A DNA stretch of 32,000 bases from Nostoc punctiforme PCC 73102. Lineage in GTDB: Bacteria; Cyanobacteriota; Cyanobacteriia; Cyanobacteriales; Nostocaceae. The notes under the pieces are model-generated. The model worked only from the letters and a program-made list of their open reading frames with translations. It ran no database searches and was not told the DNA's origin. Positions 1 through 9,391 of this stretch are shown here, one piece after another. The stretch is from contig NC_010628.1 in the NCBI RefSeq assembly GCF_000020025.1, positions 3,780,001 through 3,812,000 on the forward strand, in the 5' to 3' direction. Every line of letters begins with the position of its first letter. Position 1 is the stretch's first letter. The position numbers and the translations under genes are program-made.

Positions 1-13
1 GAGAAGTCATTAG

Positions 14-106
14 TATAGCAATCCTATTTAAATTGTAAAATTAGTTATGGAGACAGGTAATAGGTTATAGGCAAGATTTTTTTACGCATAATTTAGGATT
101 GCTATA
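14..106. repeat. MITE-like ~90-bp repeat, copy 1 (12-nt perfect terminal inverted repeats)
   Basis: Begins TATAGCAATCCT and ends AGGATTGCTATA. A second copy, roughly 80% identical by eye and in the same orientation, lies at 2275-2362. Both copies can be read as TAGCAATCCT...AGGATTGCTA flanked by TA on each side. No coding capacity. Confidence 0.6.
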
Positions 107-457
107 TATTCAAGTTCTGTATTTTTGTGACAATTTTTTCTATTTTTTTAGATGCCGATTGAGGAAAATTTATAGCCTCTTTAGTCTCTAGTTCTTTTGC
201 AGCCATAAAAAGCAAATTCACTGGTGATTAAGATATTCAGTACGGATGTCGCTTAAGAATAACTTCGCAATAACTAAAGATATCTTCTAGTCAAAGAAGG
301 CAAGGCTAACTTAGCCATATCATTGATTTAATCAAGCCTAGGTTAACTATTAGTTAAACATCTCTGTGCTGAATAACTTAATCCATTTTACGATCAGTAA
401 TCAAAAAATGAAGGTTGATTACAAAAATCAGTTCTCGGTTTTATGGAAAACTTGGCA

Positions 458-1378
458 TTATGGAGTTTTTAAGAGTTTTTCACATATCTGAACTAAGGAT
501 TGTAGATGGCGATCGCTCAACCCCAAATCAACAGACTTTGCTAATACTAAAGCCAATTGTTCTGGCGTTAAGTTTGTCAAGGTAATCGCTGTTTTATTAA
601 TCAAACTATTTAATTGGGTATTGTCTAAACTTGAAGAGCTGTTCATTTCATTATCTAGTATTTCTTTCTGATCATAAACTATTATTTTACTAAAATTTAC
701 AATTTTAGAATTTTCATTTTCTCTAGAAAATGACTGGCGTTCAAATAATGGAAAACTATTTTTCAATTTGATACCTTTGCTAGCTAAATCATCTGGTAGA
801 TAAAAAATAGAAGTAGTTTCATGATCTTCTATTTGTAGGGAGTTAGAAGAATTGGGCCTGATGGTTTTTAAACCAATATTTGTATTTTCTAAATTACAAG
901 GTTGAGATGGGACGTTTCCCTTATATTTATTGACAATTTCTTTAGCTTGTGTATAGGTAATATTTTCACCTATAACTGCACGTTTTAGAACTTCGGCTCT
1001 AGCCTCTTTAGAAGTAGAGGGAGCAGCGATGATATAAAGGGCTGAGGCACTAATATTCAAATTCGTAAAATTTACGAATTTCAGATGCTCTGCAACATGC
1101 ATAAACTTAGTTGCAGTTGAGATACTCCAATTAAACTCAACCTTGAGCCAATTTGTAAAGTTTCCATGCCCTAAAAACTTTTTTACTTCTATTAACCTCT
1201 GTCCAATATTGATAATGTCCTCAGCAGTTCGACGTATCAGTACTTTGATTTCGTGAGTATGTTCTTGAACTAAAGCTAGTGTTTCAGCATTTAAATTAGG
1301 ATATGTAATTTTGGAATTTGGGGTTGTTTGATTTGGCAGACGGTCTAATAATTCGCCCATTTTTTTGCTGGTTTCCAT
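458..1378 (-). CDS. DUF3102-family protein (plasmid/phage-associated family, function unknown)
   Basis: 306-aa ORF. The N-terminal half (IINIGQRLIEVKKFLGHGNFTNWLKVEFNWSISTATKFMHVAEHL) fits the DUF3102 pattern as I remember it (G..L.E.K..L.HG.W..WL......S..TA...M..A). The C-terminal half is N/S-rich and low complexity, ending in an HTH-like DLGLSDRHLQSL segment. Confidence 0.7.
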   Translation of the reverse strand: METSKKMGELLDRLPNQTTPNSKITYPNLNAETLALVQEHTHEIKVLIRRTAEDIINIGQRLIEVKKFLGHGNFTNWLKVEFNWSISTATKFMHVAEHLKFVNFTNLNISASALYIIAAPSTSKEARAEVLKRAVIGENITYTQAKEIVNKYKGNVPSQPCNLENTNIGLKTIRPNSSNSLQIEDHETTSIFYLPDDLASKGIKLKNSFPLFERQSFSRENENSKIVNFSKIIVYDQKEILDNEMNSSSSLDNTQLNSLINKTAITLTNLTPEQLALVLAKSVDLGLSDRHLQSLVQICEKLLKTP

Positions 1379-1786
1379 GTGAGAGTATAAACTCCATTTT
1401 TTCAGACAATTATGTATATATACAGTTTCCAGTAGGAAATTATGTGAATTAGATTCACCTTTGTTAAGGTATCAGTAATAGGTTAAGGGCTTATGCAATT
1501 TAGGATAAGATTTTGTAACTAGGTGTATAACAGTGCAAACGCATTTTATTTACGCAATACTGACTAGATAACTCACCATTGCGATCATCGAATAATTAAT
1601 GTAATAGGTGAGCCAGGGATTTGATTAGTATTTTAAATATTAAAGATAAAATCTTTATTCACTAAGATTTTTATTTCAAGCTTATACTTGAATGTTCACA
1701 GAAACTACAGGTATATTAAATTAGAGTAAACTAACAATTGGTTAACAATAGGTAAAAAAATTAATAAATTTACTCTGAATAAAAAG

Positions 1787-2096
1787 CAGGGTTAGCGCGT
1801 CTCAAAACCTATTGGCAAAAGGACTTACTCGATCAGCAACAAAGTGACACCATCTGAGGTAGAGTAAGATTTAATTCATCGAACTGCCATATAATTGGGA
1901 AGATATTGAGGAGTATGGGATCAATAAAAAAGAATGGTTGCAAACATTTTTAGAACTACCAGCAGTATTCGCCAAAAATAACGACGGCAGCTATGAACGA
2001 TCGCTATATGCTTTCTGTGTTAGCTGCGGCTCTCTCAAACTCAGTACCTCTGCCATAAATCCCCCTGTCAATAGGGTTTAAGACACGCTAACCCTG
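1787..2096 (+). mobile_element. Internally deleted ISAs1-family element (310-bp non-autonomous derivative)
   Basis: Imperfect 28-bp terminal inverted repeats: CAGGGTTAGCGCGTCTCAAAACCTATTG (1787-1814) and CAATAGGGTTTAAGACACGCTAACCCTG (2069-2096). A perfect 10-bp direct duplication GAATAAAAAG lies at 1777-1786 and 2097-2106. Internal frames still read NWEDIEEYGINKKEWLQTFLELP (the WEDIE.FG block of ISAs1/H-repeat transposases) and TAAMNDRYMLSVLAAALS (compare the ..AAMDRNYLASVLAG.. C-terminus of E. coli H-repeat proteins, from memory). The catalytic middle is missing. Confidence 0.8.
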
Positions 2097-2274
2097 GAAT
2101 AAAAAGTGTAATTTTTACCGATTTATTAACTAGTTTTCAAAAAGTAATTTTATTTAACTGTTGCTCAAGGATCGAGATGTCAAACTATCTGTAAACGAGT
2201 TTGATTAATACTATGCTTACAAAAACCTATCATAATCTAAACCAGACACAGCGATATAACACTCAAAGTCCAAA

Positions 2275-2362
2275 TATAGCAATCCTGTTTGAGTTGTAAA
2301 ATTAGTTGTGGAGGCAGGCAATAGCCAATAGATTTTTTCCTGAATGATTTAGGATTGCTATA
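2275..2362. repeat. MITE-like ~90-bp repeat, copy 2
   Basis: Same TATAGCAATCCT ... AGGATTGCTATA termini as copy 1 (14-106), with similar internal sequence (GTTGTAAAATTAGTTGTGGAGGCAGG vs ATTGTAAAATTAGTTATGGAGACAGG) and the same orientation. Confidence 0.6.
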
Positions 2363-2586
2363 GTAAAGCGATCGCCAATCAATTCAAAGCTTTACTAACT
2401 CATCAGCCTGGATGCAATGAGCAATTGAAAATGAGCGAGCGCAACTTGAATCTGATATGAGTGTAGACAATAAGTTGCAGATATTTAAGAATTAACTTGC
2501 GTGCTAGCCAAAAGAATATTTACCGTAGAGTCAGACATTAATTTTCCAATTTTTGCACAAGTCTAATATTTATAGGTTGACTTCAA

Positions 2587-4047
2587 ATGACTATCCATAT
2601 AGAAATCCCAATTATTCGTAAAAAGGTTAAGTATTCATTACCCTGGCTAATGGGATTGATTGTAGCCGGAGTCTTAATTGTTGGCACAATGATGACCTTG
2701 GGAGTGGTGAATCGAAGGGCAAGTAAACAAGATATCACACAACTAACCGTCCCAGTTCAAGCGAAAACTATCACCGTCCGAATCACTGCAACTGGTAAGA
2801 TACAACCAATACAAAGCGTTAATATTAGCCCTAAAAATCCGGGAATTCTGGCAAAATTGTATGTGGAACAAGGGCAAAAATTGCAGCAGGGACAAATTAT
2901 TGCCCAGATGGATAATTCAGAGATTAAAACTCAAGTCATCCAATATCAAGCGAGCTTAGACCAGGCAAAGGCACAGTTAGCTGAAAGTCAAGCTGGTAGC
3001 CGTCCTGAAGATATTGCAGAAGCTAAAGCGCACGTAGCCGAAGCCGAAGCCCAGTTAACTGTGGTGCGTGAGGGTAATCGTTTGCAAGAAATTGAACAAG
3101 CACAAGCGCAAGTAGATTCAGCTCAAGCACAAATGGAATTGACTCAAGCACGGCTGAAGCGCTATCAGGAATTAGCTAAAGCCGGCGCTATTTCCCAAGA
3201 CTCTCTTGAACAATACACCAGTGAAGACAGACAGGCAAAGGCTAGTTTAGAAGAGGCTCAACGCCGATTATCGCTACAAAAAAGTGGCAACCGCAATGAA
3301 GACATTAAAAGACAGCAAGCAATAGTTGCTCAAGAACGTGAGGCGTTACGAAAATTGCAAAATGGTAGTCGTCCCGAAGAACTTACGCGATTGAGAGCAT
3401 CTGTAGTGGAGGCAAACGCTAAGTTGGAACAACAGCAAGTGCAGTTAGCAGATACAATTATTCGCGCTCCATTTTCTGGGACTGTTACCCAGAAGTATGC
3501 AACATTAGGGGCATATGTAAGTCCAGCTATTTCAGCTTCTAGTGATGCGTCTGCAACTTCGACCTCAATTATTGCTTTGGCAAAGGGTTTAGAAGTAGTA
3601 GCAAAAGTACCAGAAGTAGATATTCCTCATGTCAAAGTAGGACAAAAGGTAGAACTTATTATTGATGCTTATGCCGATGAAGTATTTCATGGGTATGTGC
3701 GCCTAATTTCTCCAGAAGCGATAGTTGAACAAAATGTTACATCTTTCCAAGTGCGCGTGCAACTTGATACAGAAAGTGAAAAACTGCGTTCGGGAATGAA
3801 TGTGGATAATGTAATTTTTATTGGCAAAACTATTCCCAATGCCTTACTGGTGCCCCAAGAGACAATTGTCACTCAGCATGGGAAAACTGGTGTGATGATG
3901 CCGGATACCAATAATCAACCGCAGTTTCGCCCCGTAACAGTTGGTGTCAGCGTCGACAGTCAAATTCAAGTTTTGCAAGGACTCAAAGCAGGCGATCGTA
4001 TATTTAATGACCTTCCCGAAGACAAACAACCAAAGCCATCAACATAA
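2587..4047 (+). CDS. HlyD/DevB-family periplasmic adaptor (membrane fusion protein) of a tripartite ABC exporter
   Basis: 486-aa ORF with an N-terminal TM anchor (WLMGLIVAGVLIVGTMMTLGVV) and a long Q/A/E-rich coiled coil. The coil carries four G(S/N)R.E(D/E)(I/L) repeats (GSRPEDIAEAKA, GNRLQEIEQAQA, GNRNEDIKRQQA, GSRPEELTRLRA), followed by a beta-barrel-type C-terminus. Its stop overlaps the next start (TAATG at 4045-4049). Confidence 0.9.
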   Translation: MTIHIEIPIIRKKVKYSLPWLMGLIVAGVLIVGTMMTLGVVNRRASKQDITQLTVPVQAKTITVRITATGKIQPIQSVNISPKNPGILAKLYVEQGQKLQQGQIIAQMDNSEIKTQVIQYQASLDQAKAQLAESQAGSRPEDIAEAKAHVAEAEAQLTVVREGNRLQEIEQAQAQVDSAQAQMELTQARLKRYQELAKAGAISQDSLEQYTSEDRQAKASLEEAQRRLSLQKSGNRNEDIKRQQAIVAQEREALRKLQNGSRPEELTRLRASVVEANAKLEQQQVQLADTIIRAPFSGTVTQKYATLGAYVSPAISASSDASATSTSIIALAKGLEVVAKVPEVDIPHVKVGQKVELIIDAYADEVFHGYVRLISPEAIVEQNVTSFQVRVQLDTESEKLRSGMNVDNVIFIGKTIPNALLVPQETIVTQHGKTGVMMPDTNNQPQFRPVTVGVSVDSQIQVLQGLKAGDRIFNDLPEDKQPKPST

Positions 4048-5264
4048 TGAATATTCTAGAAAGCTTCAAAATGGCTACTACTACATTGCTGGCGAATAAA
4101 CTCCGCAGTAGTTTAACCATGCTAGGAATTATCATCGGCAATGCCTCTGTGATTGCCATGATTGGGATCGGTGAAGGCGCACAAAAGTTTGCTAACAAGC
4201 AGTTTGAAGCATTAGGGCCAAATACATTGTTTATCGTTCCTGGTAGTCCAGAAGGGAAAAATACAGGTATTTTTACACCTAAGACATTAGTAATCGCCGA
4301 TGCCGAAGCGATCGCCAAACAATTATCTACAGTTCAAAACGTGGCTCCAGATATTACTAATAAAATCATAATTAATTACCGCAATCAAAACTCAAATAGC
4401 TCAGTTATTGGGACAACACCAGCATATCTTTCTGTTCGTAATTTTAAGATCGCTCGTGGTAGGTTTTTCCAGGAGTTAGATATAAAACGCAACCAAACAG
4501 TGGCAATTTTAGGACCTGACTTGGCCAAAAAACTGTTTGGTAGTCAAAATCCCATTGGTCAGCAGGTGCGGATTCAAAATGTTGCTTTTAAAGTGATTGG
4601 CTTAACAGTAGCTAAAGGCTCTTTTTTGGGTGATAACAATGATGATTTAGTTTTTATCCCCATTACCACCATGTCTAGTAGAGTTATAGGGCGAACTTCT
4701 CCTTATGGTATCGAGCTTTCACTGATCTCGGTATCTGCCAAAAATCAAAATAGCATCAGGGCGGCAGAATTTCAAATCAAAAACTTGCTGCGTCTGCGTC
4801 ACAAGATTATTCAAGACGATGACTTTAGCATTGAAAGCCAACAGAACATTCTAGAAATTATTAATACAATTTCCGGTGCATTAACAATGATGTTGGCTGC
4901 GATCGCTGGCATTTCCTTACTTGTTGGTGGGATTGGCATCATGAATATTATGCTAGTCTCTGTCACAGAACGTACTCAAGAAATTGGGCTCCGCAAAGCA
5001 ATTGGCGCTAATCAGAAAGACATCTTATTGCAGTTCATCATTGAAGCTGTGCTTCTCTCAGTCGCTGGTGGGGTAATAGGAATTGTTGTAGGAGGGAGTG
5101 CGATTGTAGTAGTTGGCATTTTCACGCCTTTAAATGCTGGGGTCTCACCCATAGCAGTTCTTGTAGCTGCCAGTGTTTCTGGTGGTATTGGATTATTCTT
5201 TGGCGTTGTTCCTGCACGTCGTGCTGCCCAACTTGATCCTATTGTGGCGCTCAAAAGTGCTTAA
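4047..5264 (+). CDS. ABC transporter permease, MacB/DevC (FtsX-like) type
   Basis: 405-aa ORF with one N-terminal TM helix, a large periplasmic domain, and then an FtsX-type 3-TM bundle with the linker TERTQEIGLRKAIGA. It is translationally coupled to the adaptor gene. Confidence 0.9.
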   Translation: MNILESFKMATTTLLANKLRSSLTMLGIIIGNASVIAMIGIGEGAQKFANKQFEALGPNTLFIVPGSPEGKNTGIFTPKTLVIADAEAIAKQLSTVQNVAPDITNKIIINYRNQNSNSSVIGTTPAYLSVRNFKIARGRFFQELDIKRNQTVAILGPDLAKKLFGSQNPIGQQVRIQNVAFKVIGLTVAKGSFLGDNNDDLVFIPITTMSSRVIGRTSPYGIELSLISVSAKNQNSIRAAEFQIKNLLRLRHKIIQDDDFSIESQQNILEIINTISGALTMMLAAIAGISLLVGGIGIMNIMLVSVTERTQEIGLRKAIGANQKDILLQFIIEAVLLSVAGGVIGIVVGGSAIVVVGIFTPLNAGVSPIAVLVAASVSGGIGLFFGVVPARRAAQLDPIVALKSA

Positions 5265-5300
5265 ATAACTCAATATTCAAACTGAGCGATACAATTCTCT

Positions 5301-6059
5301 ATGGCAAATACTCTTACGACTATTAATGCTAATATTCCCAGTCCTACTCCGCAGTCAGCAATCATTTATCTAGAAAAGGTTTTTAAAGTGTATGGGAGTG
5401 GTGAAACCAAAGTACAGGCACTCAATGATATCAACTTGATTGTGGAACAGGGCGAATATTGTGCAATTATGGGATCTTCAGGTTCTGGTAAATCCACAGC
5501 TATGAATATTATTGGTTGCTTGGATCGCCCCAGTTGTGGACATTATTACTTGAATCATCTTGATGTTGCCCAAATGACTGATGTCGAGTTAGCAAATATT
5601 CGCAACCAAAAACTGGGGTTTGTGTTTCAACAATTCCATTTATTAACGCAATTGTCAGCTTTGGAAAATGTAATGCTACCGATGGTATATGCTGGTGTGC
5701 AACTTGAGGAAAGACGCGAGCGTGCGATCAGAGCTCTTCAACGCGTAGGTCTAGCCAATCGCCTATACAACAAACCCACTCAACTTTCTGGTGGACAGCA
5801 GCAACGGGTAGCGATCGCTCGTGCCATTGTTAACTGTCCCGCTATACTCCTAGCTGATGAACCTACTGGCGCACTTGATTCGCGCACTACCCAAGAAGTA
5901 TTGGATATCTTTACTGAACTTAATAACAGTGGGATTACGGTGATGATGGTTACTCATGAGTCAGATGTTGCTCGTCAAACCCGACGTATTATTTGGTTTC
6001 GTGATGGTCAAGTTGTACACTCTCATGTGACCCCAGCTGATTTGAATGAACTTAAGTAG
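5301..6059 (+). CDS. ABC transporter ATP-binding protein (MacB/LolD/DevA type)
   Basis: Walker [10 protein letters not shown], signature [14 protein letters not shown], Walker [10 protein letters not shown]-loop VTHE. Third gene of the co-directional exporter cluster. Confidence 0.95.
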   Translation: MANTLTTINANIPSPTPQSAIIYLEKVFKVYGSGETKVQALNDINLIVEQGEYCAIMGSSGSGKSTAMNIIGCLDRPSCGHYYLNHLDVAQMTDVELANIRNQKLGFVFQQFHLLTQLSALENVMLPMVYAGVQLEERRERAIRALQRVGLANRLYNKPTQLSGGQQQRVAIARAIVNCPAILLADEPTGALDSRTTQEVLDIFTELNNSGITVMMVTHESDVARQTRRIIWFRDGQVVHSHVTPADLNELK

Positions 6060-6110
6060 TCAATATCTTAGCCAATATATTTAATCTTAAAGGGGTTATG
6101 ACAAAATACG

Positions 6111-6242
6111 GATACTGTTGGCGAATGTATTACATACTTGTAAATAAAAATATTACGTAAGATAAAACCTTCAATCTATCGTTGCGGCTTTTAGTTGTAA
6201 TACTTTTGTTTATAGGTTTGTAACACTTTCGCCAACAGTATC
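6111..6242. mobile_element. 132-bp foldback MITE with 7-bp target-site duplication
   Basis: Perfect 15-nt termini GATACTGTTGGCGAA (6111-6125) and TTCGCCAACAGTATC (6228-6242). Arm complementarity continues inward for about 45 nt with mismatches. Flanked by direct AAATACG at 6104-6110 and 6243-6249. No ORF. Confidence 0.7.
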
Positions 6243-6346
6243 AAATACGTGTAGAATGGGACACGTTGTAAGGTTTTGTAAAGAAAGACGGCTGAAAGCA
6301 TTAATTTATAAAAATTTTGAATGCACAGAAAGGAGAAAGAAGGAAC

Positions 6347-6375
6347 TGTCCGTATTAAGCCGCTTAATACGGACA
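6347..6375. repeat. 29-bp palindrome (14-nt perfect arms, 1-nt centre), function unknown
   Basis: TGTCCGTATTAAGC-C-GCTTAATACGGACA. On the minus strand it is followed by a pyrimidine-rich run (GTTCCTTCTTTCTCCTTTCTG), but there is no obvious upstream minus-strand gene to terminate. Confidence 0.6.
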
Positions 6376-6643
6376 CTCCCCATGACCTACTCAGATTTCT
6401 TTTTGAAGCGATAAGCCTAACGTTATAGCAGGGAGCAATGCGATTTTGTCAGATCCGGTAAACAAAGTGCGATCGCTAAATTCTTATTTCAGTAGTAAAA
6501 ACTTATTTATACAAAAAAATAGTAATAATACATAAAGAGTCAAGATGAGTTAAAGCCACGACTTGCAAAACTCTCTTTTTTGATGCCAAAAAAGTTAGGA
6601 TTCCCTTTGAGCAGTAATTTCGAGACAGGGATTATTTACTTTA

Positions 6644-7943
6644 ATGGAAAAAAATATATGTGCAACTCTAGATTTGAGTAAATCATTGTCAAATTTTTCT
6701 TTGGAGATGACAAAATGTTTAGAGTTGACAAATATCACAGAATGGAATGGGAAAATTCTTAAAGAAAGAGAAGAAAAAATTAGGGAAATTGCACTTATTT
6801 TAGCTGGACAGTGTATTGCAATTTTGTTGTATAACCTCTCCCAATCTCAGTCAGCTAATCAAACAGCTATGATTCAAACAAGAAGCTGGTGGGATACTAC
6901 TATGCAAAAGCATGGTTATAGAAAACGCCAAATATTAACAGTTGGAAACGTTTTAGTCACTCTAAAGTTACCATACATGGTAAAAAAAAAGCCAACAACA
7001 GAGTCCAAAAATAAAATGTCTATTCAGGAATTTTATCCTCTGCTCCCGTGGTTGGGGATGTCGGAAGGATTAACCCCGTTGGTATGGTCAACAGTTGCTC
7101 AATACGGTGCAATTGCTAGCTCATTTGAAGCTGCCTGCACAACTTTAACTGGTTGGGGAATTGATCTTAGTTTAAAACGAATTGAGCGTTTGACATATAA
7201 GTTTGGTCAAATCGGCATCAACTTGCGTCAATCGAAAATATTAAATCGGCAGATGGATATTTTATCTGGAGGTAATATTCTTAAAGACCAAAGAGTTGTT
7301 ATCGCTGTAGATGGTGAGTCCAGTCGGCGGTGTCGGTTTCCGTCCCGTCGAACTGGCGAACTCGAAGGGTGGTCGGAGTAGAATCCGAATCAATAAAAAG
7401 GGGAGAAAAAACTCCCGCACTAAGCGACACGGGTTTATTGGTCAATGGATTGAGCCAAAGTTATTCACAATTTATGTTGTTGATGAGCAAGGTAAAAAAG
7501 TAAATAATTCTGAGGTTCCTATTACTAATGATGGCACTTATGATGGATACAAAGCGCTTTTAGAAATTTTAGAAGTACACTTAATTGGCTTAGGAATTAG
7601 TCAGGCAAAACAAGTTTTATTAATCGCGGATGGAGCAGAATGGATCTGGATACACATTCCCCCGCTTTTGACACGATTAGGATGCCCAATTCAAACTTAT
7701 CAACTTTTTGATTTTTATCACGTTACGGAAAACTTAAAAGTATTTGCAGACGTAGCTTTTAATGAAGAAATACAGTCAAAACAATGGTTTATAAAAGCTA
7801 GGAAAATTTTAAAAAAAGGGAATGCTAAATCCTTAATCGCTCAGATGGACGAATTCATTGCTGTAGCTACTGGAGAGCGCTGTCAGATTATGGTGGGCAA
7901 GCGAAATTATCTTTTAAATGCCTACCGAGAAGGACGTTTAAAT
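6644..7943 (+). pseudogene. ISKra4/ISLre2-like DDE transposase gene, split by a 55-nt insertion and 3'-truncated by the IS4 element
   Basis: ORFs 6644-7381 and 7311-7991 are two frames of one gene. Removing 7315-7369 joins ..VVIAVDG to GRSRIRINKKGRKN.. in frame. Candidate catalytic blocks are VDGG, LIADGAEWIW and FDFYHVTENL. The reading frame runs straight into the IS4 left terminal repeat at 7944. Confidence 0.7.
7315..7369 (+). repeat. ~55-nt GC-rich hairpin insertion element, copy A
   Basis: TGAGTCCAGT-[26-nt core]-AACTGGCGAACTCGAAGGG is a GC-rich island in an AT-rich gene. Its termini match the 56-nt insert at 12900-12955 read on the minus strand. CCAGT/ACTGG and a core CGG-TTT-CCG can pair. 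Boundaries are ambiguous by 1 nt. Confidence 0.65.
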
Positions 7944-9212
7944 CTGAAGGGGGGACAAGCACCCGAAAGCCTTTGTGCTGTATTAAGTTGAGCGAATTAT
8001 GGTAAAAAAAGATAGGTCAGTATTGTCAATAAGACCTATCTGTTGAAAATGTTACCTGAATTATACCAGAAGCATCTACAAAGTTTACTTTCACAGTCCG
8101 AATTAATATTTCTGACGCTGGTGATTAACGTAGTACAAAATATCAAAGATGTGAAACTAGAGAAAATATCAGAGTCGCGACCATTATTCATTCAATGCCA
8201 GTCGAGACGGAAGAAGTTACAAAGGTTTCTATCATTACCAATATTGAATATAGAAGAATTATGGTTTCCCATAATTGAACGATGGTTAGCTCAAACTTTC
8301 CTCGGAAATCACCGAATCTATTTAGCAATTGATAGGACGAATTGGAAAAGAAAAAATCTACTAATGATTAGTGTAATTTTTCAAAAAAGAGCTATACCGA
8401 TATACTTTAAGCTTTTAGCAAAATTAGGTAGTAGTAACTTATCAGAACAAACTAAGGCATTATCAAAGATAATTCCCTTATTTAAAAACTATAAAACGGT
8501 AGTGTTAGGAGATAGAGAGTTTTGTTCAGTGAGCTTGGCGAAATGGCTTGATGAACAAGGGTTTGAGTTTTGTTTGAGACTCAAGAAAAATGAGAATATT
8601 GAGTTGAAAGCTCATTTATGGTGCGAAATAAAAGATTTAGGTTTAAAACCAGGAACATCTTTTTTTGTATCAGATGCAACGGTAACAAAAACTAAACAAG
8701 TGAAGGGATTTAATGTGGCTTGCAAATGGAAAAAGAATTACCGTAAAAACAAAGCTAAAGAAGGATGGTTTATTTTAACTAACATGAATAGTAAAATAAC
8801 GGCGATTCCGGCATATCAAAAGCGCTTTGATATAGAAGAGATGTTTAGAGATTTTAAAAGTGGCGGTTACAATTTAGAGAAGACAAATGTGGAAGGTAAG
8901 CGGTTTATTGCTTTAGTTTTAATCATCTCATTAGGGGAGGGGGGTGGGGACATTACAAGGTCAGAATATTAAGAGTAAAGGAATTGCAAAATATGTGGCA
9001 CGTCCCAAAGAATATGGACGTTCTCACAGAAGGCATAGTAACTTTTATATCGGTCTTTATGCACAGAACTGGGTTAATTTCATTGGTGATTGTTGGAGTT
9101 TAGTTCAAGATTTAATGCGATTAAGTCGTCATAAACTAGAGAATTATTTACAAGGGATGAGAGCTATGAAGCTTATACAGTCAGCTTTATAGGCTTCATG
9201 GTGCCCCTTCAG
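7944..9212 (+). mobile_element. IS4-family insertion sequence (~1.27 kb)
   Basis: Terminal inverted repeats CTGAAGGGG (7944-7952) and CCCCTTCAG (9204-9212) enclose an IS4-type transposase gene. The flanks (..CGTTTAAAT | AAAAATAAA..) are not duplicated. Confidence 0.75.
8043..9192 (+). pseudogene. IS4-family DDE transposase, frame broken in a G-rich run
   Basis: ORFs 8043-8972 and 8944-9192 are consecutive parts of one protein. DDE-type blocks are LAIDRTNW and VVLGDREF. The IS4 Y-x2-R-x3-E-x6-K signature is present in AYQKRFDIEEMFRDFK. The frame switches inside GGGGAGGGGGGTGGGGA (8934-8950). Confidence 0.75.
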
Positions 9213-9391
9213 AAAAATAAATATAAAAATATTCAAGACTTTTTGGTTGAAGAAGAAAATCAAAAATTTAATATTATTAATGAAATTATTTTTTCAATCA
9301 AAAAATATTTAGACTTAAAAAATAATTATCTTAGTAAAAATTCTTTAATTAACCTCAGTACAAATAAACCCAGTCGATTAGAAGATGTTTT

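Noticed and set aside
102-206. 34-codon minus-strand ORF (MAAKELETKEAINFPQSASKKIEKIVTKIQNLNI)
   Set aside because: It has no ribosome-binding site that I can see and its stop lies inside the MITE-like repeat. It is too short and unsupported to call.
3687-5254. Minus-strand ORFs 3687-3872, 3844-4029, 4004-4318 and 5012-5254, lying inside the exporter genes
   Set aside because: They are fully embedded antisense to long ORFs with clear family motifs, and their sequences are low complexity with no motifs. They are typical shadow ORFs.
2587-6059. Naming the exporter devBCA, the heterocyst glycolipid exporter
   Set aside because: The architecture fits the DevBCA/MacAB class, but Nostocales genomes carry several paralogous sets. 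Orthology cannot be decided from this window, so gene symbols are left empty.
6191-6376. 61-aa minus-strand ORF
   Set aside because: It runs through the foldback MITE and the 29-bp palindrome, is AT-rich and has no motifs. It is most likely non-coding.
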